A stretch of DNA of 64,000 bases from an uncultured Actinomycetes bacterium (GTDB lineage Bacteria > Actinomycetota > UBA4738 > HRBIN12), in assembly GCA_963704725.1 (NCBI GenBank), contig OY969934.1, positions 2,112,001 through 2,176,000 of the forward strand. Direction: 5' to 3'. The translations under genes were made by a program, and so were the position numbers. This document shows positions 1 to 9,667 of this stretch, piece after piece. The notes below the pieces were generated by a model. It saw only the letters and a program-made list of their open reading frames with translations, was not told the origin of the DNA and made no database searches. The stretch's first letter is position 1. Each line of letters begins with the position of its first letter.

Positions 1-168
1 GCCGGCAACGTCAAGGGCCTCGTGAGCGGCTACAGCCGGCTCTCCCTTCCCACCGTCACGGAGGGGACCCGGCTCAGCATCAGCATGCCGGGGAGCCGGG
101 TGGTCCGGCGAGCGACCTTCGACTGCGGCCTGGACGCCTTCAGCGTGATCGTGCTCGAGAAGGGCTGA
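1..168 (+). CDS. 3' end of a probable CheX-like chemotaxis phosphatase (partial)
   Basis: Frame 1 reads AGNVKGLVSGYSRLSLPTVTEG...FDCGLDAFSVIVLEKG* (TGA 166-168). This resembles the CheX C-terminal 'GNxK...LSLPxVxxG' pattern. Not in the ORF track because the start is outside the window. Confidence 0.55.
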   Translation, partial: AGNVKGLVSGYSRLSLPTVTEGTRLSISMPGSRVVRRATFDCGLDAFSVIVLEKG

Positions 169-178
169 GCGCTCGAGC

Positions 179-1060
179 CTAGGTCGGGGACCCGGGCTCG
201 GCGATCTCGGCGAGCGCGGCGGCCGACATCACGTCGAGCGGGGCCGGCTGGCCCGTCCACAGCTCGAACGACAGCGCCGCCTGATGCAGGAGCAGCCCGA
301 GCCCACCGAACGCCGAGCCGCCGGCGGATCGCGCGGCGCTCTGCAGCGGGGTCACCGCGGGGCGATACAGGAGATCGACCGCCAGGACCTCGGGGCCGAG
401 CGGCGGCAGCGGCAGCTCCTCACCGTGGCCGCCGAGCGGCGTGGTGTTCACGATCAGGTCCGGGCGCACCCCTCGCGCGGCCTCGAACTCCACCACCGAG
501 AGCTCGGTGTCGAACCCGTCGAGCGCGGCGCGGAGCATCTGCACCCTCGCGGGATCGCGGAGCGCCACGGTCAGCGACCCCAGCCCAGAGCGGGCCAGGG
601 ACAGCGCGCACGCCCGCGCGGCACCGCCCGCACCGAACAGCAGAGCGATCCGGCCGGCCGGGTCAAAGCCGGCGTCCCGATCGAGGAACCGGTCGAACCC
701 CGGGGCGTCCGTGTTGTGGCCGGTGAGCCCGCCGGCCCCCGCGACGATCGTGTTCACGGCCTCCAGGCGTTCGGCGTCCTCGGTCCGGGCGTGGATCAGC
801 CGGGCCGCGTCCGTCTTGTGCGGCATCGTGACGTTCGCGCCGGCGAAGCCGAGCGCCTGCAGTCCCGACAGGGCCTCCTCCACCTTGCCGGGCGGGACCG
901 GCAACGGCACGTACACCCAGTCGAGCCCGAGCGCCGCGAAGGCCGAGTTGTGGATGGCCGGCGACAGGCTGTGCTCGACCGGCCATCCCATCACCCCGGC
1001 GAGGTTCGTGCTCCCCCGCACGCCCGCGCGAGGGTCGCCCCCTCGCGGGACCTCACTCAC
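179..1060 (-). CDS. aroE: Shikimate dehydrogenase
   Basis: Motifs HSLSP, GANVTMPHK, AVNT, HNTD, GAGGAA, LLHQA; follows mltG as in actinobacteria. Confidence 0.93.
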   Translation of the reverse strand: MSEVPRGGDPRAGVRGSTNLAGVMGWPVEHSLSPAIHNSAFAALGLDWVYVPLPVPPGKVEEALSGLQALGFAGANVTMPHKTDAARLIHARTEDAERLEAVNTIVAGAGGLTGHNTDAPGFDRFLDRDAGFDPAGRIALLFGAGGAARACALSLARSGLGSLTVALRDPARVQMLRAALDGFDTELSVVEFEAARGVRPDLIVNTTPLGGHGEELPLPPLGPEVLAVDLLYRPAVTPLQSAARSAGGSAFGGLGLLLHQAALSFELWTGQPAPLDVMSAAALAEIAEPGSPT

Positions 1061-2129
1061 CGCAGGTGGCCCGGTTCTGCTCGTGCCCGGCGAGCGTCGT
1101 GGCGAACTCGTGGTGTCCGTCCGCCCCGCACAGCACGTAGTAGAGGAAGTCGGTGTCGGCCGGGTTCAGCGCCGCCCGGAGCGAGGCGAGGCCCGGGCTC
1201 GCGATCGGCGTGGGCGGCAGCCCGAGGCGGATCCGGGTGTTGTACGGCGTGTCGGTCTCGAGGTCCGAGGTCGAGAGCTGGCCGTCGGGCGTGGGGTCGG
1301 CGTACAGGAGCGTGGCGTCGATCCCGAGCGGCATCCCGAGGTCCAGCCGGTTGTAGATGACGCCCGCGATGACCGGCCGCTCCCTGTCGAGCTTGGCCTC
1401 CTTCTCGATCATCGAGGCGATCGTGACGATCTCGTAGGGCGTGACCCCGAGCCGCTCGGCGTTGTCCCAGGGAAGCGACTCGGCCTCGGCTCCGAACTGC
1501 TCGAGGAGCTTGTCGATCACGTCGTCGGGCGTCGTCCGGCCCTCGAAGAACTCGTAGGTCTCGGGGAACAGGAACCCCTCCAGGCTGGTGGCATCGGCCG
1601 GGAGGTACGGCGGCAAGGAGGCGGCGCTGTCCTGCACCGCCTTCATGAACCGCTTCGCCGGGATCCCCAGGTCCTCCTCGACCCGATCGGCGATCTGCGT
1701 GAGCCGGTAGCCCTCGGGGATCGTGAGCCGGACGGTCGGGGCGGGCGTCGGGGCCGTCGTCAGTGCCGCGAACGCCTCGTCCGGCGTCATGTTGGTGGTG
1801 AGCTCGAAGTCGCCGGCCCGGAAGTCGCTCTCGAGCCCGCTGCGCCGCAGGAGCCACTTCGACACCAGGCCGCACCGCAGCACGCCCTGCTCGTGGAGGC
1901 GGTCGACGATCGCGGAGCCGCTGTCTCCCTCCTCCACGTGGATGGACGCCGGCTCGCGCGGTCCCGACGCCGACTGGCACCAGTCGTAGTACCGGACCGC
2001 GGCGACGCCCAGGCCACCCAGGATCAGCAGGAGAACCAGGCTGATGCGGAGCCCCCAGTGCCTGTGGCGGCCGGCTCGATGGCGGCCGGAGGAGGGGGCG
2101 TCGGTGCGGGGCGGCGCGGTCTCCTGCAT
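1053..2129 (-). CDS. mltG: Endolytic transglycosylase MltG (YceG family)
   Basis: N-terminal TM helix; TIPEG, LEGFLFPETY, ASMIEKE (catalytic Glu), PYNT, GLPPTPI. Confidence 0.93.
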   Translation of the reverse strand: MQETAPPRTDAPSSGRHRAGRHRHWGLRISLVLLLILGGLGVAAVRYYDWCQSASGPREPASIHVEEGDSGSAIVDRLHEQGVLRCGLVSKWLLRRSGLESDFRAGDFELTTNMTPDEAFAALTTAPTPAPTVRLTIPEGYRLTQIADRVEEDLGIPAKRFMKAVQDSAASLPPYLPADATSLEGFLFPETYEFFEGRTTPDDVIDKLLEQFGAEAESLPWDNAERLGVTPYEIVTIASMIEKEAKLDRERPVIAGVIYNRLDLGMPLGIDATLLYADPTPDGQLSTSDLETDTPYNTRIRLGLPPTPIASPGLASLRAALNPADTDFLYYVLCGADGHHEFATTLAGHEQNRATCGE

Positions 2130-2184
2130 CGGTCAGGGAGCATACCCGTGGGCTCGGAGCCCACGCGGACCGCCGGTCGGCGGG

Positions 2185-2607
2185 CTACCGCGCACGTCCG
2201 TCGAGCCACGACTGGAGGATCACCGTGGCCGCCGAGCGGTCCACGTTCCGGCGACGGTCGCGACCTCCGGCGCCCGCCGCGCGGAGGGCGCGCTCGGCCT
2301 CGACGGTCGACAGGCGCTCGTCGTGCAGCTCGACCGGGACGGCCAGGAACCCGCCGAGGGCCTGGGCGAAGCGTTCGGCGTGATGGGCTCGCTCCCCCGC
2401 CTCGCCCGACAGCAGCAACGGGTGCCCCACCACGACGAGCGTGACGTCGTGCTCCCGGACGAGCTCGGCGATCGCCTTGACGTCGGCGGGGGCGCCGGTC
2501 CGAACCGTGCCGAGCGGGACCGCCAGGCGGCGCTCGTCGTCGGAGATGGCCACGCCGATCCGGGCGTCGCCGAGATCGAGGCCGAGGACGCGGCCCCGCG
2601 GGCTCAT
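2185..2607 (-). CDS. ruvX: Holliday junction resolvase-like / pre-16S rRNA nuclease RuvX (YqgF)
   Basis: MSPRGRVLGLDLGDARIGVAISD...DERLSTVEA...DRSAATVILQ; ATGA overlap with the alaS stop. Confidence 0.92.
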   Translation of the reverse strand: MSPRGRVLGLDLGDARIGVAISDDERRLAVPLGTVRTGAPADVKAIAELVREHDVTLVVVGHPLLLSGEAGERAHHAERFAQALGGFLAVPVELHDERLSTVEAERALRAAGAGGRDRRRNVDRSAATVILQSWLDGRAR

Positions 2608-5225
2608 CGCCGGCGCAGGAGCTCTTCCAGCCGGACGGCCACCGCGTCGAGGGCCTCCCGGTACGCGCCCCCCCTCGGGCCGCCGGAGAACGCGAGCCCG
2701 GGCTGGCCGCCCGCGCCGCCGCCGACGATCTTGGCCGCCTGATCCAACAGCTGCGGCGCCGAGATCCCACGGGCCTGCAGGTTCTTCGACACGGCGGCGA
2801 CGAGGAGGGCCTTGCCGCCCTGGCCCGTCCCCAGCACGACCGCCGCGCCGCCCTCGTTCTCGAGCCGGTTCGCGACGTCGGGCGCGAGCGCTCGCAGCTC
2901 GTCCGCCGTGGCATCGTGGGTGGCGGTGACCAGCCGGGCCCCGTCGACGTCCCGCGCGGCGGCCGTGAGCTCGACGGCGCGCTCGTGCTGCTGTTGCTTG
3001 TCCTTCTTCCCCTGCTCGGACTCGAGGCGTTTCACGCGCTCGACGAGCTGCCGGGCGCGGTCGGCCGCGGCTTTGGGGTCGGTGCCGAGGATCTCGGCGA
3101 CCGCCCGGAGGGTCTCGCGCTCGACGTTGATCTCGCGCAGGGCGTCGGGGCCGACCAGGGCCTCCACCCGGCGCATCCCCGCACCGATCGAGCCCTCGTG
3201 CAGGATCCGCACCACCCCGATGTGGCCGGTGTGGTGCACGTGCGTGCCCCCGCAGAGCTCGATCGAGTAGTCGCCGACCTCGACGACGCGGACGAAGTCG
3301 CCGTACTTCTCGCCGAACAGCGCGACCGCGCCCTGGTTCTTGGCCTCGTCGAACGTGGTCTCGTAGATCGTCACCTGATCGTCGGCGGACGTCTTGGCGT
3401 TCGCGATCTCCTCGGCCTGCTCGAGCGCGTCCCATCCCACGGCCGCGTGATGCGGGAAGTCGAACCGCAGGCGGCCCGGCGCGACGAGCGACCCCGCCTG
3501 CCGGGCGTGCTCGCCGAGCAGGTGCTTCAGCGTCCAGTGCACGACGTGCGTCGCCGTGTGAGCGCGCGCGGTCGCCTCGCGACGGGCCTCGTCGACCTCG
3601 CCGTGGGCCTCCTCGCCGGCGCGGACCTCGCCGGAGTCCACGACGCCCGAGTGCACGAAGACGTCGCCCGGCCCGAGCTGCACGTCCGTGATGCGGATCG
3701 CGCCGCCGGGCGTGCGCACGGTGCCCTGATCGCCGATCTGCCCGCCGGACTCCGCGTAGAAGGGCGTGCGGTCCAGGACGAGGCGGACCTCGTCGCCCTC
3801 CTGCGCCACGTCGGTCCGACCGCCCTCCCCGAGGAGCGCGAGGAGCTTCGCGTCGGCCTGGAGTCGCTCGTACCCGAGGAACTCCGTCCTGCCGAACTCG
3901 GTCGCCACCGCCGCCAGGTCCTCCTCCGTCCGGCCCTTCTTCGCCGCGCGCTGGGCGCGCTCCCGCTGTTCGTGCATGAGCTCGTCGAAGCGGCCCTCGT
4001 CGATCTCCAGCCCGGCGTCCTCGGCCAGCTCTCGCGTGAGCTCCTTGGGGAATCCGTAGGTGTCGTGGAGCTTGAAGACCACGTCGCCCGAGAGCCGCCG
4101 ATCCCCCGGCGCGGTCCCCACCGCCTGCTCGAACAGCGTCATGCCCTGCCGCAGCGTCCCGCCGAACCGCTCCTCCTCGGACGCGGCGACCTGCTCGACG
4201 TAGGCCCGATTCTCGACGAGCTCGGGATAGGCGTCGCCGAACTCCTCCACCGTCCGCGCCACGAGCGCCGGCATGACCTCGCGCTCGATGCCGAGCCTCC
4301 GCGCGTGGCTCACGACGCGCCGGAGCATGCGCCGCAGGAGGTAGCCGCGACCCTCGTTCGAGGGCTGGACGCCGTCCGCGATGAGGAACGTGGTGGCGCG
4401 CCCGTGCTCCGCGACCACCTTGAGCGAGACGTCGGATCGATCGTCCGCCCCGTAGGAGCGACCCGACACCGACTCGACGACCTCGAGCATGGGCCGCATC
4501 AGGTCGGTCTCGAAGTAGTTGTCCTTGTCCTGGAGCACCGTCGCCACGCGCTCGAGGCTCGATCCCGTGTCGATGTTCTTGGCGGGCAGGTCTCGCAGGA
4601 TCGTCCGGGAGTCGTCCACCTGGTCCTGCATGAACACGTGGTTCCAGATCTCGATGTAGCGCTCCTCGTCCACGGCCGGCCCGCCCTCGGGCCCGTACCT
4701 CGCGCCGCGATCGACGTAGATCTCCGAGCACGGGCCGGCCGGACCCGCGGCGTGCGTCCACCAGTAGTTGTCGTCCACGCCGCGCCGAACGATCCGCTCG
4801 CGGGGGACCCCGATGTCGAGCCAGACGTCGATGGCCTCGTCGTCGGTCTCGAACACCGTGACCCACAGCCGGCCGGGGTCGATCCCCCACACCCCGGTCA
4901 CGAGCTCGAAGCCCCAGCCGCACGACTCGCGCTTGAAGTAGTCGCCGAACGAGAAGTTCCCGAGCATCTCGAACATCGACAGGTGGCGGGCGGTGTGACC
5001 GACGAGGTCGATGTCCACGGCCCGGAAGCACTTCTGGACGGTCGTAGCCCGCGCGAACGGCGCGGGGGCGTGACCCAGGAAGTAGGGGATGAACTGGTTC
5101 ATCCCGGCGTTCGTGAGCAGGAGCCCGGATTCCGGCGGCGGGATCAGCGACGACGAGGGCACGACGCGGTGGCCGCGCTCCTCGAAGAAGCGCAGAAACG
5201 ACTCGCGGACGCGGCGGCCCTCCAT
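2604..5225 (-). CDS. alaS: Alanine--tRNA ligase
   Basis: NAGMNQF, FEMLGNFSFGDYFK, GPCSEI, HTATH, ELCGGTHV, C-terminal GGGAGG. Confidence 0.97.
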   Translation of the reverse strand: MEGRRVRESFLRFFEERGHRVVPSSSLIPPPESGLLLTNAGMNQFIPYFLGHAPAPFARATTVQKCFRAVDIDLVGHTARHLSMFEMLGNFSFGDYFKRESCGWGFELVTGVWGIDPGRLWVTVFETDDEAIDVWLDIGVPRERIVRRGVDDNYWWTHAAGPAGPCSEIYVDRGARYGPEGGPAVDEERYIEIWNHVFMQDQVDDSRTILRDLPAKNIDTGSSLERVATVLQDKDNYFETDLMRPMLEVVESVSGRSYGADDRSDVSLKVVAEHGRATTFLIADGVQPSNEGRGYLLRRMLRRVVSHARRLGIEREVMPALVARTVEEFGDAYPELVENRAYVEQVAASEEERFGGTLRQGMTLFEQAVGTAPGDRRLSGDVVFKLHDTYGFPKELTRELAEDAGLEIDEGRFDELMHEQRERAQRAAKKGRTEEDLAAVATEFGRTEFLGYERLQADAKLLALLGEGGRTDVAQEGDEVRLVLDRTPFYAESGGQIGDQGTVRTPGGAIRITDVQLGPGDVFVHSGVVDSGEVRAGEEAHGEVDEARREATARAHTATHVVHWTLKHLLGEHARQAGSLVAPGRLRFDFPHHAAVGWDALEQAEEIANAKTSADDQVTIYETTFDEAKNQGAVALFGEKYGDFVRVVEVGDYSIELCGGTHVHHTGHIGVVRILHEGSIGAGMRRVEALVGPDALREINVERETLRAVAEILGTDPKAAADRARQLVERVKRLESEQGKKDKQQQHERAVELTAAARDVDGARLVTATHDATADELRALAPDVANRLENEGGAAVVLGTGQGGKALLVAAVSKNLQARGISAPQLLDQAAKIVGGGAGGQPGLAFSGGPRGGAYREALDAVAVRLEELLRRR

Positions 5226-5267
5226 AGGAAGGAGAGTCTAGCGGCGACCCGTCGACGGCTCGGCCGG

Positions 5268-5429
5268 TCAGGTGCCCAGGACCGCGAACCCGAGCGAGCG
5301 CGCCGCCTGGGCCAGGCGGAGGTCGAACGTGACGATCGGGAGCGAGCGAGCACCGGCTCGCTCGGCCGCGGCGAGGTGGAGCGCATCCAGCGTTCGCGCA
5401 CCGGCGACCGACCCGAGAGCGGCGGCCTC
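5268..5429 (-). pseudogene. C-terminal remnant of a PIN-domain (VapC-like) toxin
   Basis: Minus frame reads EAAALGSVAGARTLDALHLAAAERAGARSLPIVTFDLRLAQAARSLGFAVLGT*, with the typical PIN C-terminal RTLDALHLA and TFDxRL motifs. No in-frame start codon upstream. Confidence 0.7.
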
Positions 5430-5649
5430 AGAGCTTCCGGAGCTCGTCTTCCTTCTCGCGCATCGCCCGGCGGCCCTCGTCGATCGACTCCGAGACCAGC
5501 TTGGCCAGGTCCATGAGACCGCCTCGGGCCTCCCGGGCGAGGTTGGCGGGGGCCACCCTCTGCGCCTGCCTACGCGCGAACCGGAGCGTCATGACGGCGC
5601 CCGTGGCTCCGGCGCCCAACCCGAGGGCCAGCCAGAAGATCCGCCTCAT
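5428..5649 (-). CDS. Small membrane protein (73 aa), usually found upstream of alaS in actinobacteria
   Basis: MRRIFWLALGLGAGA hydrophobic N-terminus and a C-terminal REKEDELR helix; position next to alaS. Confidence 0.75.
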   Translation of the reverse strand: MRRIFWLALGLGAGATGAVMTLRFARRQAQRVAPANLAREARGGLMDLAKLVSESIDEGRRAMREKEDELRKL

Positions 5650-5659
5650 GGTTCGAGCG

Positions 5660-6040
5660 TCACTTGTCCTTCTTCTTCTTGAACCGGTTCGCCGCCCGGC
5701 TCAGCCCGGCGCCCATCGAGATGATCCTGACGATCGGCCCGGCCGCGGCCTGCTCGACCAGCCCGGCGATCCGGGAGACGCGCTGGACGATCTCCCCCGC
5801 CGAGACGAGCATCCCGTCCACGCGATCGAGCTCCCGGTTGGCGCGCTCGACCGAGCCCTTCACCTCACCCAGCAGCGGCACGGTCTCCTCGCGGATCCCG
5901 TCGATCAGGACCTTGGTGCTCTCCAGCACCCGGAAGGTGTTGATCAGGACGACGCACAGGAACAGGACCAACAGGCCCCAGAAGGCGGAGAGGACGATGA
6001 GGGCGACGTCTCCCCCGTCGAGCGCGGCGATCACGGCCAT
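5660..6040 (-). CDS. DUF948-like membrane/coiled-coil protein
   Basis: ATG 6040 with GAGGAG SD and an upstream TATGAT -10; TM helix followed by a 'VPLLGEV...NRELDRVD' coiled segment. Confidence 0.75.
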   Translation of the reverse strand: MAVIAALDGGDVALIVLSAFWGLLVLFLCVVLINTFRVLESTKVLIDGIREETVPLLGEVKGSVERANRELDRVDGMLVSAGEIVQRVSRIAGLVEQAAAGPIVRIISMGAGLSRAANRFKKKKDK

Positions 6041-6141
6041 CGTTCGGTCTCCTCTGGTCGGAGTTCGGGAAGCGGCATCATATCCGCCTGGGCGGGCGTG
6101 CCCACGGGTCGACCTCGCCCCGGAGCTCGGAGCGGACGGCG

Positions 6142-6969
6142 TCAGCCTCCGGGCACGACCGCGAGCATCTGGAGCTCGGACATCATGTTCGGCAGCCCGT
6201 GGGTCGTCGCCGCAAACGCCGCGCGGTTCCACGCCCGCTTCAGCCCGATCTCGAGTCGCTTCTCGCTCATGCTCGCCCCGCAGTACTCGGTGATCCCGCG
6301 ATGCTGCCAGCTCGGGGCGCCGAAGCCGGATCGGGCGAGCATGGCGGTCGCCGCGCGGGGCGTGAACTGACCACGGTGGTCGTCGCCGGCGAAATCGATC
6401 GGTCGCCGCGCCCACCGTCGGAGCGCCCCGAACGGTGCCTGGAACTGGAAGTTCGGCGTCGTGATCCAGGCCAGCCCACCCGGCTTGAGCACCCTCGAGA
6501 CGTCGGACATGAGCGCCACCGAGTCGTCCACGTGTGCGATGACGCACCAGAGGGTCGCGACGTCGAATGAGGCCGGCTCGAGGGCGCCGATCGAGGTCAG
6601 GGCTCGGTCGACACCCAGCCGGTCGCTCGACGCCCGCGTGGCGACCGGTGACACGTCCAAGGAGAACGCATCCCAGCCGCTCCGAAGAGCCTGCTCACTG
6701 AAGAAGCCTGCGCCGCCACCAACGTCCAGGAGCCGGCGGCCGACGACCATCCCGGCCAGCAGCTCGAGGGCGGAGCCGAAGTACGCCGTCTTGGCCCTGG
6801 ACCAGAATGCCGAAGCGCCCGCGCCGTCCTCCGGCCAGTAGTCGTGCGACGGGCCGGGGTGACGGAGGAACGCGTATCCGCACACCGTGCAACGGTCGAA
6901 CCACGTGCCGGTCACCCGGACGCGCGTCGTTGCAGCAAGGCAGACCCGACAGCGCACGGTGGACCTCAC
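6142..6969 (-). CDS. Class I SAM-dependent methyltransferase with N-terminal Zn-ribbon
   Basis: CRVC...CTVC; LLDVGGGAG; FDVATLWCVIAHV; VLKPGG; ITTPN; GTGA coupling to the upstream glycosyltransferase. Confidence 0.85.
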   Translation of the reverse strand: MRSTVRCRVCLAATTRVRVTGTWFDRCTVCGYAFLRHPGPSHDYWPEDGAGASAFWSRAKTAYFGSALELLAGMVVGRRLLDVGGGAGFFSEQALRSGWDAFSLDVSPVATRASSDRLGVDRALTSIGALEPASFDVATLWCVIAHVDDSVALMSDVSRVLKPGGLAWITTPNFQFQAPFGALRRWARRPIDFAGDDHRGQFTPRAATAMLARSGFGAPSWQHRGITEYCGASMSEKRLEIGLKRAWNRAAFAATTHGLPNMMSELQMLAVVPGG

Positions 6970-8771
6970 GTGAGCCCACGATACGCGGCCAGCACGTCCT
7001 CGGCGAGGGCCTCCGGCGTGAAGGTTCGGGCGACGACCAGCGAGGCCTCGCGCCCCATCTCCGCTCGAAGGACCGGATCCCTTGCCAGCCGTGCGATCGC
7101 CGCCGCCAGCTCCGCTGGTCGGTCCGCCGGAACCAAGATGGCCGGGATACCCGCTTCCGAGAGGTCACGGTTCCCCGGGACGTCGGTCAGCACCAGCGGC
7201 AGCCCGGCCGCCGCCGCCTCGAGCACGGCGAGCGGCAACCCCTCCCACCTCGACGTGTTGACGAAGATGTCCGCCGCGGCGAGCAGCGGTGCCGGATCAT
7301 CCAACCAACCCAGCATCCGAACGTCGCCTTCGCGCACCGCTTGATCGACCGCAAGCCGCAGCGGCCCGTCACCCGCCATCAGCGCGAGCGTGGGTTGATC
7401 CAGAGCCAGAATCGCGGAGACAAATGCCAGGGGGTCCTTCTCGGGCGAGAGCCGGCCGACCCATGCCACCGCGACGCTCCCATGTGGGATCCTCAATCGG
7501 CGCCGGGCTTCGGCGCGGTTCGCACCCACGCGTCGCGAGAAGCCGCTCCGGATGGTGACGACCCGCTCGGGCCGCGCGAGCCGGTGGCGAAGCACCGACT
7601 GGCGATCGGACCCAGACAGGACCAGTACACGGTCCGCGAGCCCGAGGACCAACCGGTTGGCCCAGACGATCGGCGCGATCGGTGAACGCCGCAGGGAATG
7701 CAGGCCGTGAACGGTCACGACCGAACGAGCCCCGCGCATCCTGGCGATGGTTGCGCCGATCGCGGCGGCGCGAACGCCGTGGGCGTGAACGATTCCACCA
7801 GAGCGCGGGACGGCCCGCCACACCGAACGAAGTGATTGGATCAGCAGACATGGCGATCGGAGCGAGACCCGCGGGTCCAGAGCTATCGCCCGCAACCGCC
7901 AGTGTGTGGCGAGGACGCTCCGAAGGAGCTCGACGTGCGACGGGCCGCCACCTCCATCGTCCAGGTAGACGTGAACACACGTGAGACTCGAGGCCGGCGC
8001 TCCACGAGGATGGGCAATCGCGATGGCCAGCCCGAGCACCGCCTTCACCCACTGATAGCCGACCGTGGCTCGCTCGAGGACGTGGAGGTCGCGTCGTCGC
8101 CACAGGCGCGCGAACGCGTCCCGACGTCCTCTCCGCATCCGAACGACGTCCGACGTGAGGGTTCCGGTCCCAACCCGCGTCCGCCGCACCAGCGGTCGAT
8201 CGACGACGAGGATGCGGTCACCTTGAAGGAGCCTGCGCACCCAGAGCTCCAGGTCCTCCGCGGCGCGCACGTCGGTGTCGAACCCGCGGCCGTTCCATCC
8301 TCGCGCCCGCACGAGCGAGTTCGAGGACACGCGATGATCCAGCATGAGCGCCCGCGCATCCCCTCGCGCCAGGATGTGTGCGCCCTTCGTCGGCGACCAG
8401 GCCGGCCTCCCTTCGCTGTCCACGCAGTTCACCATGACCGCGGTCACCGCAGGGTGATCGTCCAGCATCGCCACAAGATCGAAGAGCGCGCCGTCGTCGA
8501 GAGCGTCGTCCGCATCCAGGAACAGGACGAGCTCACCCTGAGCCGCCGCGGCCCCGGCGTTGCGCGCGGCCGAGGGGCCGAGGTTGGGCTGTCGGATCAC
8601 GCGCACTGCGGGCACCGCCGCCAAGACCTCCGCGGTGTCATCCGTTGAGCCGTCGTCCACGACGATGACCTCGAGCGGCGGTGGATCCTGTCGCAGTGCC
8701 GACTCGATCGCCGCCGATACCCATCCGCCCGCGTTGAACGCCGGGATCACTACCGAGACGCCGATCGCCAT
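6966..8771 (-). CDS. Bifunctional glycosyltransferase (GT2-GT4 fusion)
   Basis: N-half: VSVVIPAFN, VDDGSTD, FLDADD, AED. C-half: HAHG, VGRLSPEKD, EGLPLAVLEA. Confidence 0.88.
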   Translation of the reverse strand: MAIGVSVVIPAFNAGGWVSAAIESALRQDPPPLEVIVVDDGSTDDTAEVLAAVPAVRVIRQPNLGPSAARNAGAAAAQGELVLFLDADDALDDGALFDLVAMLDDHPAVTAVMVNCVDSEGRPAWSPTKGAHILARGDARALMLDHRVSSNSLVRARGWNGRGFDTDVRAAEDLELWVRRLLQGDRILVVDRPLVRRTRVGTGTLTSDVVRMRRGRRDAFARLWRRRDLHVLERATVGYQWVKAVLGLAIAIAHPRGAPASSLTCVHVYLDDGGGGPSHVELLRSVLATHWRLRAIALDPRVSLRSPCLLIQSLRSVWRAVPRSGGIVHAHGVRAAAIGATIARMRGARSVVTVHGLHSLRRSPIAPIVWANRLVLGLADRVLVLSGSDRQSVLRHRLARPERVVTIRSGFSRRVGANRAEARRRLRIPHGSVAVAWVGRLSPEKDPLAFVSAILALDQPTLALMAGDGPLRLAVDQAVREGDVRMLGWLDDPAPLLAAADIFVNTSRWEGLPLAVLEAAAAGLPLVLTDVPGNRDLSEAGIPAILVPADRPAELAAAIARLARDPVLRAEMGREASLVVARTFTPEALAEDVLAAYRGLT

Positions 8772-8774
8772 CCT

Positions 8775-9665
8775 TCATCCGCCTCCGGATCGAGCGTGCC
8801 TGCGCGAGGACCGCCGCAGGTGGCGGCGGCCCGCGAGCAGGGTCGAGAACAAACGCGGAGACGAGGAAGCCGCCACGAGCCCGACGCCGCTCGCCAGGCG
8901 ATGGCGGCGCATGGTGTCCCCGCCCGTGAGCACCCCAAGGAATTCGCGGCGTGCGGATCGTCGATCACCGCACAGGAGCTCGTACTTCGCATCGAAGTAG
9001 GGGAATGATCGGCGACCCCAGAAGCGCTCGCGCGAGACGCCGAACCGCACGAAGGTATCGATGACGAACGTCGACGGCGCGACCAGCGCGTCGGCCGACG
9101 CGAGCTGGCGACGCATGACGGACGGCGCAACCAGCGTGTCGAGGAGTGCCCCGGGCAACCGTCCCCGTCGCAGGAGCGACGCGGCGATCCGCGGTCGCCG
9201 CAGGATCCCGTGCCAGGCGCACGCAACGCCCCACGCTCTCCCCGGGAACGGATGCCGGTCCCTCGGACCCACCCACGCGAGGCGGCATTGGAACCACGGG
9301 TCGTGGAGCGACACGACGGTCGGCATCGACCGGAGGTGGGCTGCCTCCACGAGGTCCCCACTCAGGTGGAGGTGATGCTGGACGTGCACCACGTCGGGGG
9401 CCACATCGTCCATCAACCGCTCGAAGCGCCGTCGCACTCCTGGGTCGATGAGTCGATCGGTCGCTCCGTCGATCCACGTGACGACGATTGGTCCGTCCCG
9501 GATGACCTCCGGGCGCGACGGCTGGGCCGCGTCGTGCGGCCTGGCGGCGAACACCCACACCTGGTGACCACGCGCCGCGAGCGCCCGGGCAACAGCCCTG
9601 GTGTGGATCTCCGTGCCCCCGAGCTGATGGGGGGGGTACCCGTGAACGACCTGGAGCACTCGCAC
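8775..9665 (-). pseudogene. GT4 glycosyltransferase N-terminal domain fused to an unrelated tail (probably truncated or chimeric)
   Basis: VHGYPP..GGTE, PDVVHVQH, SLHDPW, APS are present; the nucleotide-sugar-binding domain (GRL..KG, E-x7-E) is absent. Confidence 0.6.
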
Positions 9666-9667
9666 GG

